From positions 127,596,001 through 127,660,000 of the forward strand of contig NC_082714.1 in assembly GCF_030144855.1 (NCBI RefSeq): DNA of 64,000 nucleotides, in the 5' to 3' direction. The translations under genes and the position numbers were made by a program. Positions 26,210-40,049 of this stretch are shown piece by piece. The stretch comes from Hypanus sabinus. Taxonomy: Eukaryota. Numbering within the stretch: the stretch's first letter is position 1; each line of letters opens with the position of its first letter. The notes under the pieces are model-generated. The model did not search any database. It worked only from the letters and a program-made list of their open reading frames with translations, and was not told the DNA's origin.

Positions 26210-26436
26210 TAAAAACACAAAATGCTGGCAGAACTCAGCAGGCCAGACAGCATCTATGGGAGGAGGTAGTGACGACGTTTCGGGCCGAAACCCTTCATCA
26301 GGAGTGAAGTAGCTTGGTTACTCGGTAACTTGGTTACTTCACTCCTGATGAAGGGTTTCGGCCCGAAACGTCATCACTACCTCCTTCCATAGATGCTGTC
26401 TGGCCTGCTGAGTTCTGCCAGCATTTTGTGTTTTTA
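26210..26436. repeat. ~102-bp inverted repeat of a Penelope-like pLTR segment with hammerhead-ribozyme cores
   Basis: 26210-26311 is the reverse complement of 26335-26436 with 2 mismatches; CTGATGA-AGGGTTTCGGCCC-GAAACGTC at 26345-26372. Confidence 0.9.
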
Positions 26437-27899
26437 GCTTCAAAATGTTTATATTTTCCATTTATTTGAAAAGTCTTAAAAATATTTATGTTTGTAATAT
26501 TTTTAGCTCTTAGTTAGTAAGTGAAAGACTTTAGCCCAGGGACTTTAGTACCCTTAAAGGAGTATAGATGTAGTCAGGCATCAGCTGTTTTCATAATTGG
26601 TCTGTGGCCGTAAAGACCGAGAGGAGGAGAAATTTCCTCAGTCATAAGGTGGCGAATTTTCTAACGTATTAGTCTTTGGGGGCCATATTCTCGATGTTTA
26701 ATAGCAAAGTAGATAGACTTCCACACATGAAAGTTACCGTGGGGTACAGGAGAGATTATCCACTGTAATTACATTGAGTGGCAAGGTGGGCACAAAGGGC
26801 TGAATGGCCAACTCTTGCTGCCACTTTTGAATGTTTATGTTTCATCCCATGGCACCTAATGTGGAATTGTATTGGACGGTAAGGGAACAACTATCTGGTC
26901 AAATTTTCTCAATGATACAAACCAACCCAGAAATCATAGTTGTGATGTTAGACTCTTGAAAACATCTATTTTAAAATAAATGATGCTGAGAAGAATGTGC
27001 CATATAATTGAATTTCTAGGTATTTATTTTACAACTTATTTTGCATGCCACACTATGTGTCGATGCATTGGAGCTATTGATTGAATTTATTTTTGTTTCT
27101 GATTCTCTTTGTTCTTTGAGTCTATAGTGCTTTACCTTCTCCTTTACTACTTCAAGCTGCATTAATATTGAGTTATTATTCCACTCTAATCTAAGGAAGT
27201 GCAAAGTTTTTTTCCCAGTGAATATGAGAAGAATACTTGAAGTCCTGTGTTGCACAGCCTACCCTTGAAAACAATGATTTTCTACAACTTTGACAGAGGT
27301 GGGAGATAATGACTAAGTCATTGGCAAACAAATGGGAAATGGTGGTCCATCTATTCTATGGCCCAGAATTTAAAGGAGTTCTGGTGTTTACGAATAACTT
27401 GGAAATAAATGTGGCGTATGTTATGTTGCAATGGGAAGCAACTCTCTCGATTCAGACATCTGCCTTTAACCAAAGGCAGGAGCAGAAATCTACCAATTCC
27501 AATATAGATAGTTTGTTAACCATAACAAAAATGCTGTTAGTATCACAGACTTCTTGAGGTATTAAGATTGTGCCCATGAAAGCAAGGAAGGAATACAGTG
27601 GATTTGAGAAGCTGAAGGACCGGCAAACGTCAATCGAGTCATCAATTTCACAACGATTTTCTTGTTTAACTCCATAAAAGGCTTTCTTCATAGAAAGCCT
27701 CTTGGAAAACTTTGAGGCAAAACTAGAAGCGAATTTAAGTTTTAAAATGTTCTGATGTGGAGATGGCTACTTATGAATTGTAATTTGCATCTCTCTCTAG
27801 GACTACATTCACAAGGAGGCTGCTTCATCTGCAGTGGATGGGTATGATAACTATCAGAAGCCACAGGAAGATGAAGAGTTGTGTCACAGTCATAGACTC

Positions 27900-30495
27900 T
27901 GCCATGGGGTCTGCGTGCCCTCACAGGTAGGCTGTGGAACAATCACGTTTGTGAGTATGCATGTTCCAGCCGATTAGTGTTTCATTGTGGTAGTATTTAA
28001 CTCCCTTCTACTTGTTTCATTCTTCTCGAGACTTAATCGAAAGCACAGCAACATCAACACTCCCTGCATATCATTATCCTGCTTGCAGGAGAGGAAAATA
28101 CCATTTATACTGACATTGTTAAGGAGTGATATTTAGTTAGCATTAATCTACTATTGCCAAGCCATTGCTTTGGCATTAGCTTTAGTTTGAAAGTTTTAGC
28201 TAATGGGCCAGTTGGTGTAATGCTTATTGATTTTCTATTATTCCTGCACAGTTCCTATCAAAGGTCAGTGAAGTGTTGATCTACTTCAGTGTCTCTCTCT
28301 CAGCGCTGTGTTATAACTGTAACCCCTGGTGGCAAGCCTTGATCAAAGAAAATAGACCCAGCAGAGATAGAACAGCTGTCCTTGGTCCTGACATTCATTA
28401 GGCAGATAGGAGATAAGTTAGAGTCGGCTGAAGCTGTGTTGGCAGAGGTGACTGTAGCAGTTCAACATGTCTGAACAGAATGCCGATCCTAAGCTGATAC
28501 TTTCTCATTTCTGTTCTGCTGCTCTGGCAATTTGTGGAATAGAGACAAAGGTGAGAAATGCCCAACAGTCAAATCCAGGCCCAGGTGGTGGAACTCCCAA
28601 CCACTTGCTTATTCCTGCAATGGGGCACCTCAAAGTGTTGGAATGGGGTCACTCCTCCCATCTGGTTGGCCATCCAGGAATTCAGTGTCCTCTGGAAATT
28701 ATCAAGACACAATTTTGAAGGACATCTATGTCCCTGATGTCCACAACTCTGGCTCTGCCTGTCCCAATTGTGCCCAGAACAAGATAGCACCTCAGAACTC
28801 TGCTGGTCTGCTCTGCCTGATGCCAGTACCCCACTACCCCTGATCCCACCTCTGTGGATTTCATCAGTATGTGCCCTTGTTTGATGGAAAGACTACCATT
28901 CCGGTAGTTGTGGACCAATTTTCTTAGGGTGCTCAGTTCATTACCCTCAATCTCCTGTCAGCTTGTGAGACTGTAGCCTCATGATTCAGCACATGTTTAG
29001 GCTGCATAGCTTCCCTCAAGGTATAGTGTCTGATCAAGGGCTACAATTCACATCCCATCTTTGGAAGGCCTTCTGTTCTCTTATGGGAGCCACAGCCATC
29101 CTCTCACCCGGTTTCCATACCCAATCCAGCAGTAAGACTGAGAGACTGAATCTGGAGCAGGAGACAACCCTACACCATCTTTGTCTCTTCTAATGCCATG
29201 TCCTTGAGCTCCCAGTAGGTTTGATCAGAGATTGCCCACAATAACCTCCAGTCATCCTCCACTGGCATGTTTAACATTGAGTTTCAGAGGAATTCCAGCC
29301 ACTTTCTTCCCTGACCATGAGATTGACTTGGGGTTTCCTGCTGCTGAACAGTTCCAACTGCACGTGGAGATGGTCCAAGGCTTCCTTGCTCTGTGCTCAG
29401 AAACAACATGCCCAGCAGGCTGATTGGCATCATTGACAGGTGAGGACTCTCAAAGCAGGGGAGAAAGTGTGGTCGGCATCTAGGGATCTTCCCTTGACCG
29501 CTGAGAGCTGCAAGTTTGCTCCATGCCATGAGGGACCGTTTCTAGTGGAGAAGGCTATCAATAAGGTCTCATATAGATTGTGCCTACCATCATCAATGAA
29601 GATTCACCCAGTGTTCCTTGTTTCCCATCTCAAGCCAGTGACTACTTCCACCTTTGCTCTAATCACCCTTACCCCTCATTCGCTCTTGGTGGATGGGTCC
29701 CTGATCTATTCTGTACAGTGGCTCCTGCCATCTCACCAGGTGTGGGGCGGGCTCCAGTATCTCATGGATTAGGAGGGGTATGGCCCTGAGGAATGTTCTT
29801 GGATTTCAGCCCATGATGTCCTGGACAAATCTCTCAACTGGGACTACTAGCAGGCACAGGTCTCTGATATCTTGGGAGGTGCACCCAGGGAGGGGTCCCC
29901 CTCACAGTCGAGGACTTTGCTATGGCGGCTGTGGAATGGGTTTGGCAATCACAGTCATGAGTTTGCATGTTCCAGCCAATTGGAGTTTCATGGTGGTGGT
30001 ATTCCACTCCCTAATGCCCTTCGCTTGGACAACAGTGGTAGCATGGAGAGGGGAGACTTGCAGCTTGGGCAGCTGCCGATCTTCCATTAAAAAAAAACCT
30101 TGCCCAGGCTTGAGCCCTGGAAACTTTCCAAGGTGAAAATCCATGGTCTATCGAGACTAACGGAGGCCTACATCTCACTCCATTCTTCTCATTCCACTCT
30201 TGTCAAGACTTGACCAGAAGAAGAGCAACATCAACTTTCCCTCCTTCACGTTGTCTTGGTTCCAGGAGAGAAGGCTACTGTTTCGGCTGACACTGCTAAA
30301 GAGTGGGATTTATTTAGTATTAAGCTATTACGTCTGAGCCACCGTATCAGTGTTAGCTTTAGTTTGGACGTTTTAATTAGTGGCCCTGTTGCCTCGCATT
30401 TATTGCTTTTCTTTTATTTCTACACAGTTCCTAGTAAAAGTCAGTGAGTGGTTGAGCTGCTTCATCTTGTCTCTTTCTCAGCATTTAGGCTTAAC
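27900..30495 (+). mobile_element. Old, internally deleted Gypsy (chromovirus) element with diverged LTR pair
   Basis: Integrase remnants (H..GHPG, CPNC, FRLHSFPQGIVSDQGLQFTS, GPF..KIHPVF) and chromodomain remnant (LQYLMD*EGYGPEECSW). ~27900-28320 aligns by eye with ~29917-30495. Confidence 0.8.
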
Positions 30496-30519
30496 CGCAC
30501 ATCTCCATCAGTTATTGCT

Positions 30520-31155
30520 TTTGTGGATTGTGTAGAAAGTTGCCGTAGGTTACAGTGGGATATAAACAGGATGCAGAGCTCTGCTGAGAAGTGGCAGATG
30601 GAGTTCAATCTGGAAAAGTGTGAACTGATGCACCTTGAATGGTTGAACCTGAAGACAGAATACAGTGTGGAGGAACAGAAAGATCTTGGGATGCAAGTCT
30701 ACAGATCCTTTAAAGTTGTTATGCAAGTTGTTAGGAAGGCACATTGAGTTTGAGAGCTGTGAGGTAATCTTACAACTCTATAAAATTCTGTACAGACCAC
30801 ACTTGGAGTTCTGCATTCAGTACTGATTGCCTCATTACTGTTAAGGATGTGGAAACATTGCGGAAGATACAGAGAGCTGTCTGGATTAGAGAGCATGTCT
30901 TATGAGGAAGCATTAATGGGTAGTTAAGGGGGATGAGAGGTCATTTGATAGCAATATGTGAGGTAATATCAGGTATAGATAAAGTGGACAGCCAGCACAT
31001 TTTCCCAAGGCAGCAATAGCTAATTCCAGAGGATGCCATTTTGAGGTGAGTGGAGGAAAGTTTAGAGAAGATGCAATGGATAGGTTTGTTACACAGAGTA
31101 GACATCTGGAAAGCACTGCTGGGGATGTGGTGGAGGCTGATACGTTAGGGGATTA
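30520..31155 (+). mobile_element. Decayed CR1 3' fragment
   Basis: AEKWQMEFNLEKCELMH, EKDLG-like motifs. Confidence 0.8.
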
Positions 31156-34100
31156 AGAGATACTTCTCTTTAACTGAGTACTCCTGAAGGCAGAATTAAG
31201 CCTTCACTTCTGTTGAACTCAATGGTCAGTAAAACAAGGGCAAAAAATGAACTGCAGAATATTTCACATGCTACTAGCTTGACTTACCTGATCCCTACAT
31301 GTTAAAATTCTCCTCAATTTTTGCCTTGCTGCTTTTTTTATTTGTTATTATCTACAAGGACTCTATCAACTTGTTATCATCATTTGTAATCACTAGGCTA
31401 AATAGCTTTGGTGGAGAATGAAAGACAAATTTCATTTACACAGAATGAAAAATTCTGACCTCATCTGGCATTAGTCTAACTCTTCTTTATCTAGAGATGT
31501 GAAAGGATCAATGACTAGAGATCAGAAGTAAGACAGAAAAATCAAAGGTAAAGGATGCAATGTGGAAGTAAGAGATCAGGGCGGGAGATGGGAACGAGGC
31601 CTGAGAAAAGCAACAGTGAAATAATCCTGGATCAGAGCTTTGGGAGTAGTGAATGAACGCGATGGAGAGCAAGAGGAATTGAAGGCTGAGACCTGTAAAT
31701 GGGAAAGCAACAAGATTAATTTAGCCTTTTTTTAAATTAGTTGAGCTTATGATGAAACTCCAATTATACAAAGATTAAATGTTGATAAAATGGAAGATGC
31801 TCAATCTTGGTTCATTTAATAATTCATATTTTAATCATTTTTGGGGTGACTTGTAGATTCACCCTTCTGAATATTTAAAAGGTGCATCCTGAGTGAGATT
31901 GAATAATCAAATGGGCCAGATAGCATTTGCAAATTATTCAGTATACCTATTGGACTGAGTAGTGCTGAATAGATGGTTAACATTAAAATTTAGAATATAG
32001 TGCCTCTGTAAATGACCGGGATTTTCTCCTTGTTGTATAGGATCATGTGCAATTGTGCTACTGATTTCATAGCGTTGTAGCACACGAAGAGGCCAGTCAG
32101 CCCATGAAACTACTCTAAAAGAAAGTGGTGTTATAAGCACATTGCCTGGACTTTCTAGCATTGCCATTACACTTACCACTGTCCTGGAAAAAAAATATTC
32201 ATTAAGGCCTATCTGAATCCGATCATAGACTTTCTGCTTATCACTGTTGGTTGGTGCTGGACTTCACTTTTTGGGGAGGCAGTGATCAGTGATGCCTCCA
32301 AGCCACCTGAGTTATCCACCTTGAAGAATTCTCACAGAAAGCATAGACCATAAACCATAATCAAAATATTAACCATTTTACAGAGAGCTGTAATGAAGAA
32401 AATGTGTACAGAAAATGAAAATGAATGATGAAATACAGTCAGGCCCAGGTTAACCAGCAAGAAATGAACCAGCTCCTTCATCTGGTTGGTGATCTGGCTG
32501 CTAACCCTGTACTTATCTTGAGTAAATCCCTCAGCAAAAACTGCCTGACTGAAGAGGGTTTAAGCCTGTGCAGTGTATTCCGGTTTTAGATCTCAGAGAT
32601 GTCCTGGCGTCTGGTTAAGCCGCATCTAAGGCTAATTGGCTGTCAAAGCTATCATTGTGTCTTTGAAACTCAAATAGATAACTAATATTGTTAAGATTAG
32701 GTATCTATTTAAAAATGTTTTGTACAAATAAAAAACATCACGTACAAGAATATGTGGACTTACAAATATTTATAATCTCTCGCTTTTCTTAAGAAAATGA
32801 ATAAATTGCCTGAAACCTGCGGATTGTGAGTATATGAAATGAACTATCAGATGAAGTGATAAAGGTGGGTACTATTACATCTAATAGGCTTTTGGATAGT
32901 TATATTGACTGTAAAGTTAGACTGATATGGGCCAAGCGCAGGCAAATGGGACTAGTTGATGAGTAGAATGACCTGTTTTCATGTCGTATAGCTCTATGAC
33001 TCTTATCATTCAGAAGAATGGAGAAAAATATAAAGCTTAATATGTGAGAAGGTATGATGTAGCTTTCTCACCAGTTTTCTTGGAAAGGAGTTATCATTCC
33101 CTTCTACATGACCCTGGCATCATGCAGAACCTTGTTGATCATGTCCAGAAGAGTTACATCTAAGTTTCTTCATAAATGTGTACAAGGTAAGAATGGAGCA
33201 GTTGCGTAGCTCAGTGATGTGTGCAGACAATGTGCCATATCATTTAGTGCAGTCCATGGCAAGAAGACTCTGCAGACTGTTCCCAATGGCATACACTGAG
33301 ACATAATCAGTACTGCTGGAAGATCATTCATTCAGTGAAAAATGCCAGAGAATTGATCTTCCGCAACAACGAGATGTCTGCAAATGAATGTTGCTGCCTG
33401 GCACATCTCCGGCCAATAGAGTGTGTGCTCAGGGACGCATTGATTGCTTGGTGCTGCCAACGCAAGCACTTTGTGAGAATGGACTGAAATCTAAGATCAT
33501 GCTGTTGCAGAGGGATGGGGTTCTGTGTAACAGTCCTTCAAACATTTGAAGTGCATGTTGTTCAAAGAGGTCACATCAGTGGCATGGTGACTTCTTTGTA
33601 TAATATCCTATCTTGATGACTCTAAGTACAGACTATGCATGTACAAGTGGGATAACATTATAATTGTAAAGAAAGACATAAATTTCTTGTGTATATTTTA
33701 ATAACTTATAACATTAAAAAATTAAAAATGCTATAAATTAACTACCTTACTGTTTTAATATAGATTATTTGAATTATTTTAATAGAATTATAATTCCCAC
33801 TGAGTAAGTTAGCACTTTGGTGCTCGAGAGGTTGTACAGCAATAATTATGACTTTATGATCTGGTAAAGCCTCAGGTTATACCCAATGCAATAACTATAA
33901 TGTCTTGAGTGTATTTTGCAGAAAGAATGGTTTGTGAAGACTAGAAATTCTCTTCAAATCCCTGCTTTCTGAAGGTCATGCTGAAGAATGCCATAAAGTA
34001 ACTCACTAGGTATAAGGGCAATAAACTGGCGACAAGATAATTGGGAAACTGACACAGGGTGGAGGGGAGAGGAGGGTAGATAGCAATTTCAGGATATTAG

Positions 34101-34667
34101 TGTGTGCATTCTTGTAAATTACAAAGTTATGTTTGTTTCACAGTATCATAACTGTATACTATACCATTTTTGATACATCATTACAAAATCTGGACCATTG
34201 GTGCCTTGAACTAGTCTATTTACATCAGCTGTTAAGTAACTGGCCATTATTTCAGTTTTTCTAAAAATATCCTGAAAGTACAGCAATATCACAAGATCAT
34301 TGCTTGTAAATAGTAAAGCTGATTGTTGAAAAGTTGTTTAGGCAATGTGCAATGCAATCAGAATTGGAACCAGGTTTATTATCACCGGCATACTGTATGC
34401 CATGAAATGTGTTGTTATGTAGCAGCAGTGCAATGCAAAACATACAAATATACTAAAAGTTGGAAATTCCAAAAAATAAATAAATAAAGAGTGCTAAGGA
34501 GGAATAGTGAGGTAATGTTCAGAATCAGAATCAGGTTTGGTATCGTGAAATTTGTTAACTTCGCAGCAGCAGTACAATGCAATACATGATAATAGAGGGA
34601 AAAAAGAAAACTGTGAATTACATTAAAGGATGTCTCCTTTTTGAGTCACTGCCTCTTGGAAAAAGTC

Positions 34668-35337
34668 CATAAGACCATAGGACCATAAGACATAGGAGCA
34701 GAATTAGGCCATTTGGCCCATCGAGTCTGCACCGTAATTCAATCATGGCTGATCTGCTATCCTCTCCACAGCTCCATTATCCGGCCTTCTCCCTGTAACC
34801 TTTGATGCCGTGTCCAATCAACCTCCTCCTTAAATACACTGAACGACCTGGCCTCCACAGTTGTCTGTGATATCAAATACCACAAATTCACCACCTTCTG
34901 GCTAAAGAAATTTCTCCATATCTTTGTTTTAAATGGACACCCCTCTATCCTGAGGCTGTGCCCTCTCAACCTAGACTCCCCCACCATGGGAAACAACCTT
35001 TCCACATCTACTCTGTCTTGGCCTTCCAACATTTGAATGATTTCAATGAGATCACCCCCCATCCTTCTACAAACGTAGATTCCAGTGAGTATGGACCCAA
35101 AGTCATCAAACGTTCCTCATATGATAATCCTTTCATTCCTGGAATCATCCTTGTGAACCTCCTCTGAACCCTCTCCAATGCCAGTACATTGTTTCTTTGA
35201 TGTGGAGCCCAAAACTGTTCACAATAATCAAGGTAAGGCTTCACCAGTGCCCTATAAAGCCTCAGCATCAGATCCATGCTTTTGTTTTCTAGTCCTTTTG
35301 AAATGAATGCCAGCATTGCATTAGCCTTCTTCACCAT
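34668..35337 (-). mobile_element. CR1 3' fragment
   Basis: ORFs 35008-35337 and 34757-35062; (agaccata) tail repeats. Confidence 0.9.
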
Positions 35338-38084
35338 TGTCCCAGCTGATGGGGAGAGTTGTGCCAGTCATGGGGCTAGTTGGGTCAACAATCCTCTGCA
35401 GCCTCTTTCAATCCTGCATATTGGAGTCACCACACCAGGTACTGATGCAAACACATAACTGTACCTTGTGTAAATCTGCTGATCCATAAAAAGCTCTGAG
35501 CAATATTATCCTCAAAACTAGGCCTTTGACAATGGATTTTTTTTTTCACTGCAATTCACTAGGGTGCTTTTCCAAAAAAAAAAGAAATATTCAAAGAATG
35601 CCAAATATGGATGCTAAAACCTATAATCAATATTTAATTTTATGCCTTTTGTGAAAATCTGTGAAAGGGTTTAAGAATTGTAAAAGATGTCAAAGTCTGT
35701 TATCAATGATTGATGGGCATGATGTGTAAAATACTTATAAACTGATCACAATGTAAATAACTGTCATCTTTGTCAAGGATTTGCAAGACATCCCCAAAGA
35801 AGGTTGGACTCCCTATCTATCAGATGCCATAGGAAACAAAGAAATTGCAGCAAAATAAAAGAAGCATTCTATCAAATGACACGTTCCCAATGCACAAAAA
35901 CATGCTTTAGCTCAGAGACGCCTTCGAGAATATATATGCTTGGGAAAAAAAAGCATTGAAAAGCTGAAACAAAACTTCCAAGTCTGTAAAATAAAACTTA
36001 TCCCGGGAGACATTCTGTCAGTACTGAGCTGAAAATTGGCACATTGAAATTCAGTTTGTTGATGGAAGTTGCCATTTTCTCCCAGTGTTATATTGCTAAT
36101 TAAATATCAGCATGGAAATCTCCTTTCAAGCTTTGACTGCAAATTGGTACAATCATCTCTCCCTCTGGTAAAAGAATTGGTGCAATTGTTGGCTCAGCTG
36201 TAAGTCGGTGCCAGAGGTGACTGTGCTTTGAGAGCTAGGCTAACAATCAACATTTCCCTGCAGGCACTGGGAACTGCTCCCATGACTTCATGCTTTCCTC
36301 TGTCATTCCTGAGATCTCCTGTTAGCAAAGAGAGATGAAATTTCATCATTCAATACATCCTTCAGTTGCTGACATTGATTATTGTATATATGACAAGACA
36401 TTTATTTTTAACATTAAAGGGTTCCAAAACAATCATTGTGGATGTTTCTGTTAGATATGTACGGAGTTCTTAGGTCATAATAAGTGGAAACATTTCTTGT
36501 ATTCTCAGTAAAATTCTCCTGACAGATGCCTGGGAATAATCTTAAGAAATGCAGAATTGTCTGACGTTAGGAAGAAAATTCTGATGGGACTCCCAACTTG
36601 CCAAAGGTGCTCCAGAATTTTTCATTAATTTTGTGTGGATACTCAGAGAGCAGAACTGGCCCCAGTTCCACTTCTAACATCTAACTGGATATGCTCTCTA
36701 AAGGAAAACAAAGTAGTGTGTTTGTAACCCATACAAATACAGAAAAAGGTGCTCACAAGTATTTTGATCTTCAAATAGAAGGTTCTTTTGGAGGGCATAT
36801 GTAACTCATACTCATATATAATCCCTAGTTGTTACAACTTAAAATTAGATATTGGACGGTGTGTTCAGGTGCTTGAACTTAGGAAGTGCAGACCTTTTAC
36901 CACCAAGATTCAAAACATTTTACACAAGATGTACACAACAGGTCCATCAATCCATTTTCATGCTCCATAAGTCACAATTTTGTTAAGGAAGGAGAAAAAC
37001 AGTTCTGGTGCTGGGACAAACTGAGGACAAAGAAAACAGATATTCAATTTTTTGAAAAAAATGCAATACAAACATAAAGCATTTTTTACCTATTTTTTTC
37101 TGCAAATGTATCCATCTGTTCTCAACTTGAACATTTTTTTGACATGTTCATTTGTAGTATCTTGCTGTTTAATGAATAATAACTTACCTTCTCTGAAAAA
37201 AAAATGACATACTTCATTATTTTGAAAGGGACACTGACCCAGAATAAAATTGGCATCTGTCAGTTTGAATATTTACTGGTCTCTTTTTTTAAAAAATTTG
37301 CAGTTGTCTTCTCAGTAATCCTTCTGACTGCATAATAACATTTCCAGAACTATAGTTTAATAAACTTGAATACATACCTGCAATATTTACAGTACTACTT
37401 TGGAAAATAGTGTTTTGCTGGTATCATAGTACTTCAGACTAGTTTTAATGCTGACAGTTCATTAGAACTGAAATGATTTATATAGTCAGCAGTGCTGTTA
37501 CTAATACTACCGTGAAATGCAAAATGCTCTTTCATTTAAAATAAAGATATACTGTTATCTTATAAGCAATAAATCACTGGTATCTTCAGGAAACCATGTA
37601 TTTACTTACAAATTACAAAGGAAAGACAAGTCAGCACAACCTTGTTTATGAATTTGTACTGAGCAGCAACATCTTTGCCCTCCAGAGGATTGAGTGCACA
37701 CACATAGTAAATTGCTATTTTTATTAAAAACCTCCGTTACTTACCCGCAAATGGTTTCCTTTCCTCCATTTGCAATTCTTCAGATTGTATCAGTGCTATT
37801 GTCATCACAATAAAATATAATTTGCAATGTTCCAAATGGACAAAGAAGAGTTAATTTTCTCTTATAAAGCCAATTCTTCTTAGCTGTACCCTGACAATAG
37901 ATCCTGTCAAAAATGAAGGCTCATTTATACAGGACATCAAAAATCTCAAAGCATTTTGTCGACAATTAATTAATTTTGAAATGTAGGAACTGTGATTATA
38001 AGAGCAAGTATGGCAATCACTTCACTGAAATAACTGAAACAAAAAACAATGTGAACCTACATTTAACAGGATTGAATGAGGGGC

Positions 38085-39655
38085 ATACTGTGCCTTGAAA
38101 ATATATTCAACCCCCTCAACTGTTTTCACATTTTACTGTTTCATTTTCTAGTCAGAAGATACTGGGTATTGAAGTAGGATTTTTGAGCTAATTTGCAGAA
38201 CATTATGCATATCAAATCAAAAGAAAAATTCCAAGACCTGTTGAAAAATTTAATCAAAATGACAAAATCAAAATTGTGAGTCTGAAAAAGTATTCATCTC
38301 CTTTGTAGTTACTATACTAACTTACCTCAGAAGCAATGTTGTATATTACCTTACCAAGTCACCCAATTTGTTGATGTAGAAAATTGGAGGATCATCTGTT
38401 TTCAGTTAATTTTTAAGAATAAATGCCTCCTCTCTCTGTAAGATCCAACAGTACAGTAGATTTTCAACAGAACAATCCTAAATGAAGACAAAAGAAGGCA
38501 AGTCAGGGATTTGATAATAGAGAAGCACAAATGTGGGTAAGAGACTGAACGTATCTCAGTGATCAGTGCAGCCCATCGTGAAACCACAACCATACTGCCT
38601 AAGTCAGACTGCCCCTCTAAACTGAGTCGCACAAAGAAGAATAGCACTTATTAGAAAGGCTACTGTGATGCCAACAGTCACTCTGAGGGAGCTGCACAAG
38701 TCAGTGGCTGCAACTGAAGATGAAGTTCAAGGCTCCACAATCTCTACAGCCTTGCACAAAAAGGGTATCTATGGAAGAGTCGCAAGGTAGGATCTCTGGC
38801 TAAAAAAAAGCATATCCTTGTCTGTAAAGACGGCAAAACATCACTTAGAAGATACTGTAAAGATGTAGAAGAAGGTCTTGTGGTTGAATGAGACTAAAAT
38901 GGAACATTTTGGCCTCAACGCTAAGTGGTATATGTGGTGTATATCTAATATTGAACAACAGCCAAGTGACACCATCCCTGCTGTAAAGTGTGATAGAGGT
39001 AGCACCATACTATGGGGATGCTTTTCAGCAGCAGGGACATGAAATCAAGTAAGGATTGATGAATGCTGCAAAATACAGAAAGATGCTGGATAAAAACCTG
39101 CTTTCCTCTCCCAGAAAGCTTAAACTGGGGAGGAGGCTTGTCTTTCAGCAGGACAGTGACCAAATGCACACTGCCAGAGCAACCATGGAGTGGCTTCATA
39201 TAAAGAAAATTGATATCCTTGAGTGGTCCAGCCAGAGTCCTGACCTTAACCCAATCAAGCATATCTGGCAAGACCTCATGATGGCTGTCCACCGCTGCTC
39301 CCCAACAAACCTGGTATAGCTTGAGCAATTTTGCAAGGAGGAACGGGCAAACCTTGCTCCATCACATGGTGCAAAGATAATAGAGACTTTTCCAAAAAGA
39401 CTACTGGCCATAACAGCTGCGAGAGGTGGTTCAAATAAATACTGAGCAAAGGAAGATGAATATTTTTGAACTGCTGATATTTCAATTTTTTAATTTTTAA
39501 TTTTTCATGCTTTACAATTTCCCTGTTTTTGGGCTCTACTGTGAAAAAAGAGCATGTGATTCACAAATAATTCTCAGTTAAATTGATCAAAATCCCTGGT
39601 TGGAATATTCATTTATGTGAACTAATGGTTAGGGCCTGACTACTTTTACAAGGAT
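38085..39655 (+). mobile_element. Decayed Tc1 transposon, IR/DR type
   Basis: FQQDSD..HTA and W.SQSPDLNPIKHIW (DD34E region). Outer ends tactgtgccttgaaaatatattc and gactacttttacaagg; inner repeats at ~38282 and ~39450. Confidence 0.88.
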
Positions 39656-40049
39656 CATATTTTGAATAGGGAAATCCAAACTCCTTTTTTTATGATTATC
39701 CTGAGCAAGCAGAAGAATTTCATTTTAACATACCATCAGTAAATCCTGACAAAGCAGTAACACGATTTTAAAACTGTTAACTTGCGATGGATATGCACTT
39801 CTTGGGTCAGGAAGTCTCGTATTTTGCCAATCTCGCTTTCTAAACACAGCTGCTGCCACTCGATCAAACAGACGTAAGTAAATTCAGCAGTCTGAACCAA
39901 CCACTTCAGAATTCCTTTGGCATTAATTAGAGCACGGCTCATTCTGCCTATAAACTCTGAATAATTAAAGGTCCAAGAACTTGATGAAAATTTGTACTGG
40001 GGAAGCTGCAGCGGTTCTTTATAAAGAAACCTGTCCAAGTTTTCTTCCT

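Noticed and set aside
31200-38080. Short ORFs and possible conserved non-coding elements in AT-rich stretches (also 13600-16100, 22200-26200, 57100-61600)
   Set aside because: No recognisable domains or exon structure; conservation cannot be judged without alignments.
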